This document shows, in pieces, positions 1 to 12,059 of a stretch of 64,000 nt of DNA. This DNA comes from Lingula anatina (lineage: Eukaryota > Animalia > Brachiopoda). The stretch's first letter is position 1. Each line of letters starts with the position of its first letter. Where the stretch lies: positions 5,022,001 through 5,086,000 of the forward strand of contig CM120647.1 of NCBI GenBank assembly GCA_051362555.1, in the 5' to 3' direction. The notes under the pieces were generated by a model. That model worked only from the letters and a program-made list of their open reading frames with translations, made no database searches and had not been told where the DNA came from. Made by a program: the position numbers and the translations under genes.

Positions 1-586
1 TCATTTTATAAAACAACCATTGGAATATGTGTCCAAAATGGGTATTGCGTAAAGTGGTGTGAAGTGCCCAAAAGTTACGGTTTTACTTAGCTCGCGTCGT
101 GACATACTTTTATCAAATCTACAAATACTGTGCTTAAATATACCTTCTTTATGTTTGCAATATCTCACATTTGTACAGAGACCACCACTGCACTCCACTG
201 GAAAAAAGGTGTCATTCCCTCCACAAGGTTTAAGTGAGCTAACATGTCCTATACTAGAAAATGCATGCCCGTTTCTTCGACTATGACATCCTAGTTATTG
301 ACATCAAATCAAATAATATTTTGGAGTCAGTTATATCTGTTATATTTTGTTTTCCTTAACTTGAAAAGTGTCCTTTTCACGTATTTCAAACATGTTCAAT
401 TGATAGATATATACCCTTGAAGCTCCTTGTTAAAGAGTCGTGGCATATAAGGTCTGCTAAGGTTTTGGATTCGAGCTGTTGGCCATCTATGTGTCATTAG
501 CTTGGACGCATCCTTTGTCCGATGCCTAGTAACAACGGTTAGTATATAACATTTATAAGAGGTCGTCTTTGAAGACTCAGGAAGAT

Positions 587-618
<32 letters not shown>

Positions 619-753
619 GTTCTATGTACTTATGCAAATAAATATTAGTTGTCATGGACTCATTCACTGTCTCTGTCAACAGAGAGAAAAATCATATTAA
701 CATAGATTTAAGTATTACCAGACAAAACATTTTGTTACATTTATAAATTTCAG

Positions 754-1281
754 GACGAACTGGATATAGGGGACGAGTGGCGCGCTAAGATAGTCCGTTT
801 CTTTTCTAAGTTGGATGCTGACAAGGACGGAATTGTGGACCGCCGCGACTACGTTGACAAGACTGTAGAAAGAGCTAGACGATATTTTGGGGCAGATAAG
901 ATCAATGACTTCAATGATACCATCTCCGAAGCGTGGCTGTCATTTTGGTCTGTTTCCGAAGATGAATATAGAGGTAGTCTTGACGAAAAAGATGCTATTT
1001 GGATTCACAAACGTTTATTCAAAGTTAACAAACTAGACGAATCAAACAGGGATTGGGCAGAGGGCCTATTCCGAGCAGCAGATGGAGACGACAACGAAGA
1101 ACTCAGCGTCTACGAGCACAAAACATTTTGCCGAGTGTTTAACGTTCAAGAAGGATTTGACAAGTCTTTTAAATGTATCGATGGGAACCAAAACGGTAGC
1201 ATCGAAAAAGAAGAGTTCCTGAAAGCAGCTCATGATTATTTTTACAACCGAAAGGTGGATTCCTGGTTTTTCGGAGTCTGA
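754..1281 (+). CDS. SCP/aequorin-fold EF-hand calcium-binding protein, copy 1 (coding exon 2; exon 1 not seen in window)
   Basis: Acceptor tttcag at 748-753, then open frame DELDIGDEWRAKIVRFFSKLDADKDGIVDRRD...DGDDNEELSVYE...DGNQNGSIEKEE...WFFGV*. EF-hands I, III and IV are present and II is degenerate, as in Nereis SCP and aequorin-family proteins. Confidence 0.85.
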   Translation, partial: DELDIGDEWRAKIVRFFSKLDADKDGIVDRRDYVDKTVERARRYFGADKINDFNDTISEAWLSFWSVSEDEYRGSLDEKDAIWIHKRLFKVNKLDESNRDWAEGLFRAADGDDNEELSVYEHKTFCRVFNVQEGFDKSFKCIDGNQNGSIEKEEFLKAAHDYFYNRKVDSWFFGV

Positions 1282-1321
1282 TATTGATAAGAAATTCGAC
1301 TTTCACAGAAATGTGGTATAT

Positions 1322-3650
1322 AATTGAATAATAAATGGACATTGGTGTATGGTTCTTAAATAGTTGGAAGATAACAGATTCATTTTCTATTTTGTTTTTC
1401 TTAAATGTTGCAGTCCAACGTTCATAGGTCGTACCTATGAACTCAAACTGTAATAGTTCATATTTCGAGAGATTATTTTTTATCACTTGTTTCTAAAACA
1501 ATTATAAACATATTTATTTTCAATAGAGGTCGGATGGGGGAAATATCTTATTTTTGTTTTTGTTTTTATTTTCTTTTATTTATTTATTTTGTCAGTATTG
1601 GATTTTGTCAGTATTGAAATTGTGTACAGACGTCATGATTCTTATTCTAATAAAAGGTCACTGAAAAGTGTTCAAATACGTATTTAAACAAGAATAAACC
1701 AGCATCAAGATGTTGCAATACCCGCTTGTCAGTTGTATAACATGATGCTGACCGGTGCTATCAATGTTAGTACATTGTAATAAGTTTATGGGAAGCCCGC
1801 CTGCACGTGTTGCCTACCTGTAGTCTGTTCACTGCCGTCTCTGTAACTAAGACTTTATCAATTTCAATATGGCGGAGAAGAAGACACAGTAAAGGCATAC
1901 CAAATGTTTAATAACTATCAAAAATAACACGATCGGATTTGAATGAAAGTTTATTTAATAAATTCGAAAGTTTTTAAGCGGAAGTAACACTTAGTTTAGT
2001 GCCAGCTGAAATGCAAATACACTAAAAAATATCAACGTCACGTGATGTTCTTATTGAACATCAAGCGGCCTGCTTTCAATTAAGATATTAGTTCTGAGGT
2101 AATTTTTTTTAACATGTAAAAACAAGAATAAGCCAGCATAAAGATGTTACAATACCCGCTTGCCAGTTGTATAACATGATGCTGACTGGTGCTATCAATG
2201 TTACTGCATTGTTATCAGTCTGTGGGAACCCGCCTGCACGTGTCACCTGGCCTGTTCACTGCCGACTATGACTAAATGAATCTCAATATGGCGGGGAAGC
2301 AGGTACAGTTAAGGCATAAGAAATGGGTAATGACTATCAAAAATATATTTGAATGAAATTTTATTTAATAAATTAGCAAGCTTTTGAGTGGGAGTGACAT
2401 TTATTTGAGTATCAAATGAAATGCAAATAAACTGAAAACATCCACGTCACGTGATGTTCTTATTAGTTAATTGATTTCGCCCTCAAACAATTATTTATGA
2501 GACGTTGATAACAGCCAAAATCTAAACTGTGAAAACTGTCAAATTGAATAATAAATGGACATTGGTGTATGGTTCTTAAATAGTTGGAAGATAACAGATT
2601 CATTTTCTATTTTGTTTTTCTTAAATGTTGCAGTCCAACGTTCATAGGTCGTACCTATGTACTCAAACTGTAATAGTTCATATTTCGAGAGATTATTTTT
2701 TATCACTTGTTTCTAAAACAATTATTAACATATTTATTTTCAATAGAGGTCGGATGGGGGAAATATCTTATTTTTGTTTTTGTTTTTATTTTATTTTATT
2801 TATTTATTTATTTTGTCAATATTGGATTTTGTCAGTATTGAAATTGTGTACAGACGTCATGATTCTTATTCTAATAAAAGGTCACAAAAAGTGTTCAAAT
2901 ACGTATTTAAACAAAAATAAACCAGCATCAAGATTTTGCAATACCCGCTTGTCAGTTGTATAACATGATGCTGACCGGTGCTATCAATGTTAGTACATTG
3001 TTATAAGTTTATAGGAAGCCCGCCTGCACGTGTTACCAAGTCTGTTCACTGCCGTCTCTGTAACTAAGACTTTATCAATTTCAATATGGCGGAGAAGAAG
3101 ACACAGTAAAGGCATAACAAATGTTTAATAACTATCCAAAATAACACGATCGGATTTGAATGAAAGTTTATTTAATAAATTCGAAAGTTTTTAAGCGGAA
3201 GTAACATTTAGTTAAGTGCCAGCTGAAATGCAAATAAACTAAAAAATATCAACGTCACGTGATGTTCTTATTGAACATCAAGCGGCCTGCTTTCAACAAA
3301 GATATTAGGTCTGATTATTTAATTTTTTTAACATGTAAAAACAAGAATAAGCCAGCATGAAGATGTTGCAATACCCGCTTGTCAGTTGTATAACATAATG
3401 CTGACTGGTACTATCAATGTTAGTACATTGTTATCAGTCTATGGGAAGCCCGCCTGCACGTGTTACCAAGTCTGTTCACTGCAGTTTCTGTAACTATGAC
3501 TAAATCAATTTCAATATGGTGGTTAAGAAGACACAGTAAATGCATATTAAATGTTTAATGACTATCAAAAATAACATAAGCGGATTTGAATGAATTTTTA
3601 TATAATAAATTCGAAAGTTTTTTAAGCGGAAGCAACATTTAATTACCCTT
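1322..3650. repeat. ~1.22-kb tandem duplication of intergenic DNA, each unit with two copies of a hairpin-bearing repeat
   Basis: aattgaataataaatggacattggtgtatgg starts at both 1322 and 2542 and the two units run near-identically. The ccagcatcaagatgttgcaatacccgcttg block occurs at ~1698, 2132, 2921 and 3351. Confidence 0.85.
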
Positions 3651-4934
3651 GGTTCTAGATTCCGGTGTTGCAAGCTCGATCTTGCTTTCATATATAACCC
3701 ATACCAGCAATACCAGGCTTCAGGCGAACACGGTAAATTCGTGGGTGTTCTTCTCCAAAATTTTGCCTGGGGCGCTTCCATATTTGGAAGGCACAAGTCT
3801 AGTACGTCACAGCTTTGCCCGCCTGGAGCTGCCTTTCCCGCCTTGCACTGATGTTATCTCGTGCAGACGAGACATGAAGCAAAGTGGCTGACGTGGAGTT
3901 GGAATTTTAACTAAGAAAATCTTGTAGTCTAATGTCAGTACCACAATACAAGCAACGTTCTGCTTTAAAAACTGATTTTGTTGTAGCCATTGCGCAGCCC
4001 TTATAGTGGTATCGGGCATACAGTGTAGCTGTCAAACTTGGCACACGGCAAACACGTGCATTGTGTTTACATATATCTTCAGGAGCAAATTTTCTTTGAT
4101 AAGCAAAAAAAAAAAAAAAAAAAAAAAAATACAATAAAAAAAAATATATATATATATATACAAAAAAAATAAAACATTGAATATACCTTTTTCTTTTGTA
4201 ACATATTGTTTATTTTTCACTTTACATATCTGAAATACAGTAAATAAAATGAAATAAAGCAGAATTAAATCTGTTTTACGTTTCATTTTGGTCTGATGAC
4301 ATTCAACTGCAGATTCATTTGATTGACGGAAATCTAACATGGCCGCTGCTCGTCAGAGCTAGGAAAAAGCAATCGCATCACAAGATTTTTAAAAGCTAGC
4401 TTTAACTGATCTCCGACACTCAGGGTACATTTAATTAAATACCCCTGAAAGGCAAATAAACTGAAAACACCAACGTCACGTGATGTTCTTATTGGTTTAT
4501 TGATTTCGCCATCAAACAATGGTTTCTATGACGTTGATTACAACTTGAATCTGAACATGTCCAAAAATGACAACATATTAGAATATTTTAATTTATTTTA
4601 GATTTAGGAGGTGCGGATACGTGCTTAAATCATTGCATAAATGATTTTTGTATAGCTTATTGACCCAGAGTTATCAAATGAGTTTTATACAATTGCACAA
4701 CTGGTGCGACAAAGAAAGTACTCACGATTGGTACTGATCGATGGAAACGAACATGAAATTCCCTGTTTTAGTAAGAATGTATCTTCGTTGTAAATCTATA
4801 ATTGGTATATTATTTAAGTTTGAAGAAAAAAAAATAAATAAATACACAGCCGAAAGGGCGCATTTCATCTACGAAGAAATCAATCAATTACATTTATCAT
4901 TTCAGCTGGCGCTGTTTCCCTAAACTTTTCTCTT

Positions 4935-5010
4935 CCATCACGTTCAAAAAGCTGATTGGATGCATTTTACCTTTGCACCCTCCACGGATAACAGCCTTCT
5001 TAAACTATTC
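4935..5010 (+). promoter_or_regulatory. Conserved proximal promoter block of the EF-hand genes (inverted CCAAT box plus TATA-like TTAAA)
   Basis: ccatcacg..ctgattggatgcattttacctttgcacc..ccacg..taacag..ttaaa recurs just upstream of exon 1 at ~4935, ~28930, ~31308 and (more diverged) ~33676. Confidence 0.5.
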
Positions 5011-5074
5011 ACTTATTCGAGACGACACAGAACGCATAGAAGCCTGATCTAAACGAGACAACTTTGCTCAGTAT

Positions 5075-6934
5075 ATGACTAAAATGTTTTTTCCACGTGT
5101 GTTTTGGTTGCTGTTGGCAGTTGCTTATGTACTTGGGGACCACTCTTCTGGCGCTCACAATCGTCTGAAGGTAAGGCTCACTTTCCGTTTGTTTTATGCC
5201 TCGCTAACACATAGATGAAGCTGAATTGTGTGTAGATATATTAAGGCACCCGCGTAACTGACACATGCGTTGAAATACGTCGAGGCCAAAGAATGATATC
5301 TACATATCTTGGAGAATGAGGTCAATAGGCTTAATCTGCTGTTCTTGTTTTGAAAGTACATGTATTACCGTCAGTGCATAATTAAGCATTCAAATTTAAA
5401 GCATTTTAAACTTTGGAGACGTATGTTCATGACCTTCTAAACGTAAACATACTTATAGGTTATAGTATTGTATACACATTTCAAGGTATTTAATATAATG
5501 TGAGTCACGTTAATATCTGTTTGCATCTTGGTTGAGGAGGCGTTTAAATTTGGGCCATTGCTGTCGTGATAGAATTATTTATAATTGAATTAATACTAAA
5601 TATTTAAACAAAAATTTGAACACCTCATACACTGTAAAACAGTGTTTAGCATTTAAATACATACAACACACGTTAGGCACCTATACGCATTTAGAAATAT
5701 GTGTAAAAGCTAACCACGTATAGCTTTTCAAGCGTTTCACAGAAGAAAAAGCTAGAGACGTTTAGCTTCACCGGCATATGATTCTACAACAAGTCTATCA
5801 CAAGCTAAGCACATTGGCTAAGCACTTCCCCTGCTAAGCACGTGAGGTTGATAAACATATGGAGCTGCTATAGGTGTGGAACTCTTAAACGCGTGAAGCT
5901 GTGGAACAACAAGTTTAGCTTTTCAAGCTTGTCACAAAAAAAAAATATATATATATATATATGTTCTAAGATCTAATATATCCGTTTAATAGATCGTATA
6001 TAATTAGATAAATAAATAAATAAATAAATAAATAGATAAATAGAAATACTTCACAACCCCATGTATACGATCCCATAACAAGTTTATTACAAGACTAAAC
6101 AATTTGGCAACACTTCGCATTGTAAATGTATGGAGCTATTGGAGGCGTGGAGCAGCCTGCACGAACGCGTTGGGTCCTTCCTTGCAGTAACGTGTGATTA
6201 TTTATAATAGGTCTATTAAGTATAAATCTAAATAACAAATTCACGACGTTATCAGCTGGTTACATGATGGTGATGGTAGAGAATAACCTTATGGTAACGT
6301 TATGGGTGTTTTTATCTCCATGCAAAATGATGCCCCTGCGGTTTTATAAGCGTTTTATAACATTCTGGAAAAACCTTATTTGATGTTTAATTTTTTTTTT
6401 ATAAATAACCAAAACACGTCTTCTGTTGTTCTAAGATCTAATATATCCGTTTAATAGATCGTAGTGCTGTATGAACTACTGTTAGCGGTTAATTCCAAAT
6501 TGGGCTTGGGGTTAGTGGGCGACCAGACCGGTGCGATTTGTTAAATATTCGGTCTATCGTTACCAAAATAACCAGCATGCGATGAAAGCTTAGATAAACC
6601 ATTATAGTGAATACCCCACCATCATCCTGATGTTCTATTGTTCATTACTTCAGGAAAAAATAAATAGACACCAAAACCGTAACGCATTTTATCAAAAATT
6701 AAAAAACGTTTAAAGTAAAAGTGATAGCTGTTTCGTGTCTTTAGTTAACTAGTGAATTTTCTAACTTGATTTTAAGAAATATATTCTAATAAACTTTCTG
6801 GCAAGATCAGCTAACACAAGGATGAATAAGTCCGGCTGTAAAGGTAATGGTGTGAAGTCAACAATGTTGACAGTTCACGGTACCCTGTTATAAATAGAGA
6901 TAACTATAGCAGTTAAAGGAGATCGACCGTGACT

Positions 6935-6983
<49 letters not shown>

Positions 6984-7963
6984 CGCGTGTGTGACTAAAA
7001 CAGTTGAAACCCTTACCACCTAAATGTTAAGAAAATACACCCTACATTTAATAGGCGTCAAAAGCGTCAAATCATGTAAGATGTTAAGGAGCTTAACGTG
7101 CTTCGAAATAATGAGACAAAACAGGCGCTTAGAAATGTGTTTAAGTGCTAAACACTGTTTTTACAGTGTAACTGTTCTCTCAAGAATGCAAGAATTGACG
7201 GACATAATAATCAATCATGAACTTAAAATGATTATCCGATTAAAGTAAAACCCTGCGATTTATCAATATCTGACGGTTCGTGGAATTCATAACCGGTGTT
7301 GAAAAGGGGTATGAAGCGTGTTCCTTTTACGGTCTCTGGAAGAATACGCTATGCTATGTCGCTATCGTTCCCATTGTCTTTCGTTTGAGTATTAGTTATT
7401 TGCATTCCAAATGTTTAATATAAGCCAATAACTTTTAGGACTTGCCGACTGAATGGCGTGCTAAAATGGAACGCTTTTTCGCCATATTGGATGCTGACAA
7501 TGACGGAATTGTGAACCGCCACGAGTATGTTGACGTTCCAGTTGAAAGAGCCAAAGTACATCTTCGGGCAGACAAAATCAATGATTACAACAAAACTCTC
7601 TCCGGAGCCTGGTCAACCTTTTGGTCAGTTCCAGAGGACCAATATGAAAATGAATTCGACCTGAATGCTTTCATCGCAATACACATGCGCATCGATCTTT
7701 TAAAACCTGCTTTCGCGGCAAAATCGTTAAAAACTGTGTCCAGAAAGCTATTTGATATAGCAGATTATGACGGCAATAGAAAGCTTAGTATTGATGAATA
7801 CAGAGACTACCTTGCTGTATACAACGTTCACCAGGGCATCAATTTATCGTTTGGTTTTGCTGATGAAAACCATAATAACCTCATTGAAAGGGAGGAGTTC
7901 GCCAAAGCAGGCGTTGATTATTTCCTCAACAAAAATAAGAAATCTCCATTGTTCGGCCCGTAA
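5075..7963 (+). CDS. Secreted SCP/aequorin-fold EF-hand protein, copy 2; exons 5075-5170 and 7439-7963
   Basis: Exon 1 MTKMFFPRVFWLLLAVAYVLGDHSSGAHNRLK ends at a GTAAGG donor; a phase-0 acceptor ttttag leads into DLPTEWRAKMERFF. EF loops DADNDGIVNRHE, DYDGNRKLSIDE and DENHNNLIEREE; C-terminus LFGP. Confidence 0.88.
5630..7168. mobile_element. Non-autonomous CACTG-ended DNA transposon (EnSpm/CMC-like) in the intron of copy 2
   Basis: TIR CACTGTAAAACAGTGTTTAGCA / TGCTAAACACTGTTTTTACAGTG with TA on both flanks. The element is absent from the paralogous intron of copy 3 (~29560-29590). Confidence 0.7.
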
Positions 7964-8681
7964 AATGTAGAGAAACCAATAAAAAACGATATATGCCACT
8001 ACTGCATGCATGACTTTCGGGTTGAAGGCTCTAATTTTTTTCTATGACTTAGGTATGGTTACTATGCATTCTCATATATACCTAGCATTAAAATTTAAGA
8101 GTGAATGGCACAGCCATTTGGCCAAGAATGTATTATGCATAGAATTGTAAACAGACGTCATGATTCTTATTCCAATAATATGTCCCTGTAAAGTGTTCAA
8201 ATGTGTATTTTAACAAGAGTAAACCAGCATCAAGATGTTGCAATACCCGCTTGTCAGCTGTATAACATGATGCTGTTTGGTGCTATCAATGATACGACAT
8301 TGTTATGAGTCTATGGGAAGCCCGCCTGCACGTGTTACCAAGTCTGTTCACTGCAGTTTCTGTAACTATGACTAAATCAATTTCAATATGGCGGGGAAGA
8401 AGACACAGTTAATGCATATTCAAGGTTTAATGACTATCAAACATAACATGAGAGGATTTGAATGAATTTTTATATAAAGAATTCGAAAGTTTTTTAAGCG
8501 GAAGCAACATTTAATTACCCTTGGTTCTAGATTCCGGTTTTGCCCGCTTGATTTTAATTTTAATATAAACCATATCAGCAATACCAGGCTTCAAGCGAAC
8601 ACCGTCAATTCGTGGGCTTTCTTCTACAAATTTCTGCCAGGGGCGCTTCCATATTTGGAAGTCACATGTCTAGTACGTCAC

Positions 8682-8923
8682 AAAATCGATCAATAACCTG
8701 GCCAGGAATTTATTTCATATAGCAGATCATGACGACAATGGAAAGCTTAGTACTGATGAACACCGGGACTACCTTGCAGTATTAAACGTTCACCAGGGCA
8801 TCAATTAATCGTTTGGCTTTCTGATGAAAACCACAATGGCCTCATTTAAACGAAGAGTTCGCCAAAGCAAAGGTTGATTATTTCCTCAACAAAAATAAGA
8901 AGTCTCCATTTTTCGGCCCGTAA
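8682..8923 (+). pseudogene. 3' fragment of an EF-hand gene (EF III-IV and C-terminus) with frameshifts
   Basis: Matches the end of exon 2 (gcagatcatgacgacaatggaaagc...ttcggcccgtaa) and its 3' flank, but contains indels and lacks the 5' half. Confidence 0.85.
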
Positions 8924-10350
8924 AATGTAGGGAAACCCATAAGTAACAATATCCCATTAGTGCATGCATGGCTTTCGGGTTAAAGGCTCTATTTTTTTTT
9001 TTTCTATGACTTATTCATGTTTACTGTACATGTTTACTTTACTGTACTGTTCTCATTTATACCCAGCATTAAAAAATAAAAGTATTAAAAATACACAGAT
9101 GTAAAATAGTGAGGTATTGCAGAAACGCAATGTCCTGAAGACATGGACCAACCATATTTGAGCTCTGATATTAGGATATAATAGCGGCATGAGGTATAGA
9201 CAAATGCTACTTGGCACGTGGCCTTAAATGAACCTATGTTCAGTGCAGATTCTAACTGATGTGTAAATTCGGTGACATTGGTGGTGTATTTTTCATTTAA
9301 TTACCATTTCACTCCTGTGATAATCACCGTGAAACCTCATATTTGACTTGAAGCATGCAATAAATTACTTTAAAATGGTATAAAATAGGGATATCTTCAA
9401 AGGTCTTTTGCATTTCTGTACCACGAGCCATGTCAGATATGTTATATGAAATAAAAAACACTATTTAAAATGATTTACAGCTGTTTATCATTCTAGTTAA
9501 CAGGTCGATGAAAAGTGTTTAAATGTGTACTTTGACAAGTGTGAGGCAGCATCATGTTGCAATACTAGCGTGTCGTTTGTATTACACTTTGTTTACTGGT
9601 ATCTCCAATGCACATAAGATCATAATATTCAGTCTATGAAAAACCCGTCTGCACTTGTCACTCGGTCTATTCACAACTAACCGCCTTTATAATTATGACT
9701 TTCCCAATATCTATGTGACAGGAAAAAGACACATGAAATGTATACCGCAAATTTGATGCAAGAAAAAAAGTTTTATTGATTCGTTGTTCTCACCGTCAAA
9801 AATAATTTATGTGACTTTGAAAACAGCTGCACACTGGCCCGTGAAAGCTATTCAGAATTTTTGGTTTCTGGGTTGAGGGTTGTTCTGGCACACAATATCC
9901 AAGACTCGGGCCGACTTTGTTTGATCTTTTCGGTCAACTGGGCAACAGTAATCTAGATGTATTTTATGCGGAAGTCTTGCACTGGAGACACAGGCATGCT
10001 TGCAAAAAATTAAGTTCCCACTTGTGTAGCCGCTAGTACCAGCTCCTTTTTGAAAGCATCCACATGAATAACAATTCAGCCAATTTTATGTTTAAAACAA
10101 TTAGTCGGTACAATACAGTACCTACAACTTTCGTACTCATCTCACTTCAGTCTCTAGAAAACTCAATAGCAGTACAGTGGTCGAACAATTTCTTAGACAT
10201 TTAAGTAGACTGCCGCATGTGTCTGGTTCTCCCGCCATTTAACTTTCTAGAATAAGCCACCATCACGATGTTGCAATGCCCGCTTGTCAATTGTATAACA
10301 TGATGCTGACTGGTACTATCAGTGTTAGTACATTGTTATCAGTCTATGGG

Positions 10351-10478
10351 AGTAGTAACATCCGTACTATACGGGAGAAAAGAATTTCATTTTTTTCTTT
10401 TGTTATGTTACATCATTTGAACAATGGAAAACCTATACCGGACAATGGGGATGTTTACAAAATAAACAAACAATTTTT
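10351..10478 (+). repeat. Left terminal inverted repeat of the Maverick
   Basis: Reverse complement of 27167-27295, with one substitution and one poly-T length difference. Confidence 0.95.
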
Positions 10479-10508
10479 TTAATGTAAACAAACGAGACTC
10501 CCTATTTT

Positions 10509-10667
10509 TGTTTACGTTTCACTATGGTAACGGATGACGTCACAGAACGGGCCTGGGCATGTCGGGGGTAATGTTTACGTTTCACTATGGTAACGGATGA
10601 CGTCACAGAACGGGCCTGGGCATGTCGGAGTAATGTTTACGTTTTGTCATAGCGACGGATGACGTCA
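10509..10667 (+). repeat. Subterminal 62-63-bp tandem repeat (~2.5 units), each unit with TGTTTAC and a perfect CRE palindrome TGACGTCA
   Basis: Units start at 10509, 10572 and 10634: tgtttacgtttcactatggtaacggatgacgtcacagaacgggcctgggcatgtcgg. Confidence 0.85.
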
Positions 10668-10787
10668 AGCGCAATTCTTTTGTTAGGCGTGTTGCATGTT
10701 CAGGCGTGCAATTTGAAGGCTATATATGTTGGAATGGTCAAATCAAACTCCAATTCACTGACCTAAGTTGTACGTTCGAACATCAAA

Positions 10788-11669
10788 ATGTCGCAGTTCT
10801 TCAAACTTGGTGAAGATAGTCTGTTGTCGATATGCAGAAGCAAACAGGGGGTCCAGTTGGTCGTCTTCAGCGATTTGAAAACGTTGAACAAGATCCGGAT
10901 GCCTCGAGAAGCATGGGAAGATTTTAAAAACACCCTGCCTTCCGTCCAAACTGCTATGTCTACCGATACTGAAATAGATGATCAGCTGAGGGAAAACTAT
11001 AATGTCCGTGTGCTGTACGACATTGGTAAGGAGGAATCTGTAATGAAGCTAGCCTACGCACCAGTAAGTGCGTCGTATGAAGCGATGTACGATGTACAAT
11101 TTGACAAACGCACATTGGAGACGTTGCTGACCAAAATGCCTGAAATCAATGCAGCGCTGGGTGAAATCCCACCGACAACAGTCAGCGAGGAGCCGGAAGA
11201 AAGTGATGAAATAATGTTTGGAGCCGAAAACGATGTAGAAGCAGACGTAGTATTAATTCATCTCATTTACGTGAAGTTGATCGTGCAGGAAATAGAGGCC
11301 ATGCTTTACAGGTACTGTACTGGGTGTATAGCCGCGCACGGTTCCCAAAAGCATCACATGGATGGGTGTATGGCCGACTGGTCAGTTTCGGTACATGTTT
11401 ACTTCACCAGGGCAAAAGCTGCTGTAAGTCATGAGGTAATACTGAAGGCCTACAAGTTAATGAAGAAAAAACTGAGACAACAAGAAAACCCATACATACT
11501 TTCCATCATCATGACTGCATCGCTGCTGGAAGATTTTCGGAAAGACGTGGAGGAACCGAGCCATGCGTTATCCCCTGATCCCGTCCTCGCTAGTATGGTC
11601 TACGATGTGTGCAAGATTGTATATGGCGAACATTTGTATAAGGCGAAAAAAAATCAGAATAAACTTTGA
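10788..11669 (+). CDS. Maverick accessory protein (293 aa): possible PC4-like N-terminal region and a CxxC..H..H..C putative Zn motif
   Basis: Intact ORF with TATA-like tatatat at ~10721; motif YCTGCIAAHGSQKHHMDGCM. The PC4-like assignment is tentative. Confidence 0.7.
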   Translation: MSQFFKLGEDSLLSICRSKQGVQLVVFSDLKTLNKIRMPREAWEDFKNTLPSVQTAMSTDTEIDDQLRENYNVRVLYDIGKEESVMKLAYAPVSASYEAMYDVQFDKRTLETLLTKMPEINAALGEIPPTTVSEEPEESDEIMFGAENDVEADVVLIHLIYVKLIVQEIEAMLYRYCTGCIAAHGSQKHHMDGCMADWSVSVHVYFTRAKAAVSHEVILKAYKLMKKKLRQQENPYILSIIMTASLLEDFRKDVEEPSHALSPDPVLASMVYDVCKIVYGEHLYKAKKNQNKL

Positions 11670-11760
11670 ATTGAACAGAAAAAGACGCCGTATAATCTGT
11701 GTAGAATTAACAAAGTTTGCATGTACACTAGCTAGAAGTGTGCGATGAAAGAAGACATTT

Positions 11761-11980
11761 GATTGGTTGATTATGACATCATATCTAAAAATAGATTTAT
11801 ATATGGAACGTTAATTTGATGTGATGAAGACAATTTGATAGTAAAGAGTTGATAACAAACATTTCATTGATTAAAATAATATGTGATTTGATTGGTTGAA
11901 AAAATGTTATTTGTTGTTAGCTGTAACGTGATTGGTTAGAAAAAATGTAATACCTTTTAAGAAGCAACATGATTGGTTGA
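11761..11980 (+). promoter_or_regulatory. Cluster of four inverted CCAAT boxes (GATTGGTT) upstream of the BIR-integrase-capsid gene block
   Basis: gattggtt at 11761, 11890, 11930 and 11971; the last three are spaced ~40 bp apart. Confidence 0.5.
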
Positions 11981-12059
11981 AATAAACACACCGCTTACCT
12001 AAAAAATTACAAAAATGTGTTTGCGATCCTTTTTTCTTTATACTGAGTAGACAGAATGG

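Noticed and set aside
1698-3409. Recurrent hairpin repeat as a CRISPR-like array
   Set aside because: Spacing is hundreds to thousands of bp, the intervening DNA is itself duplicated, there are no cas genes, and the context is eukaryotic.
7439-7963. Calling the EF-hand genes photoproteins (aequorin/obelin)
   Set aside because: The fold pattern matches, but the photoprotein His/Trp/Tyr pocket residues and C-terminal YG..VP are not recognisable. They are closer to SCP-type C-termini (FGP).
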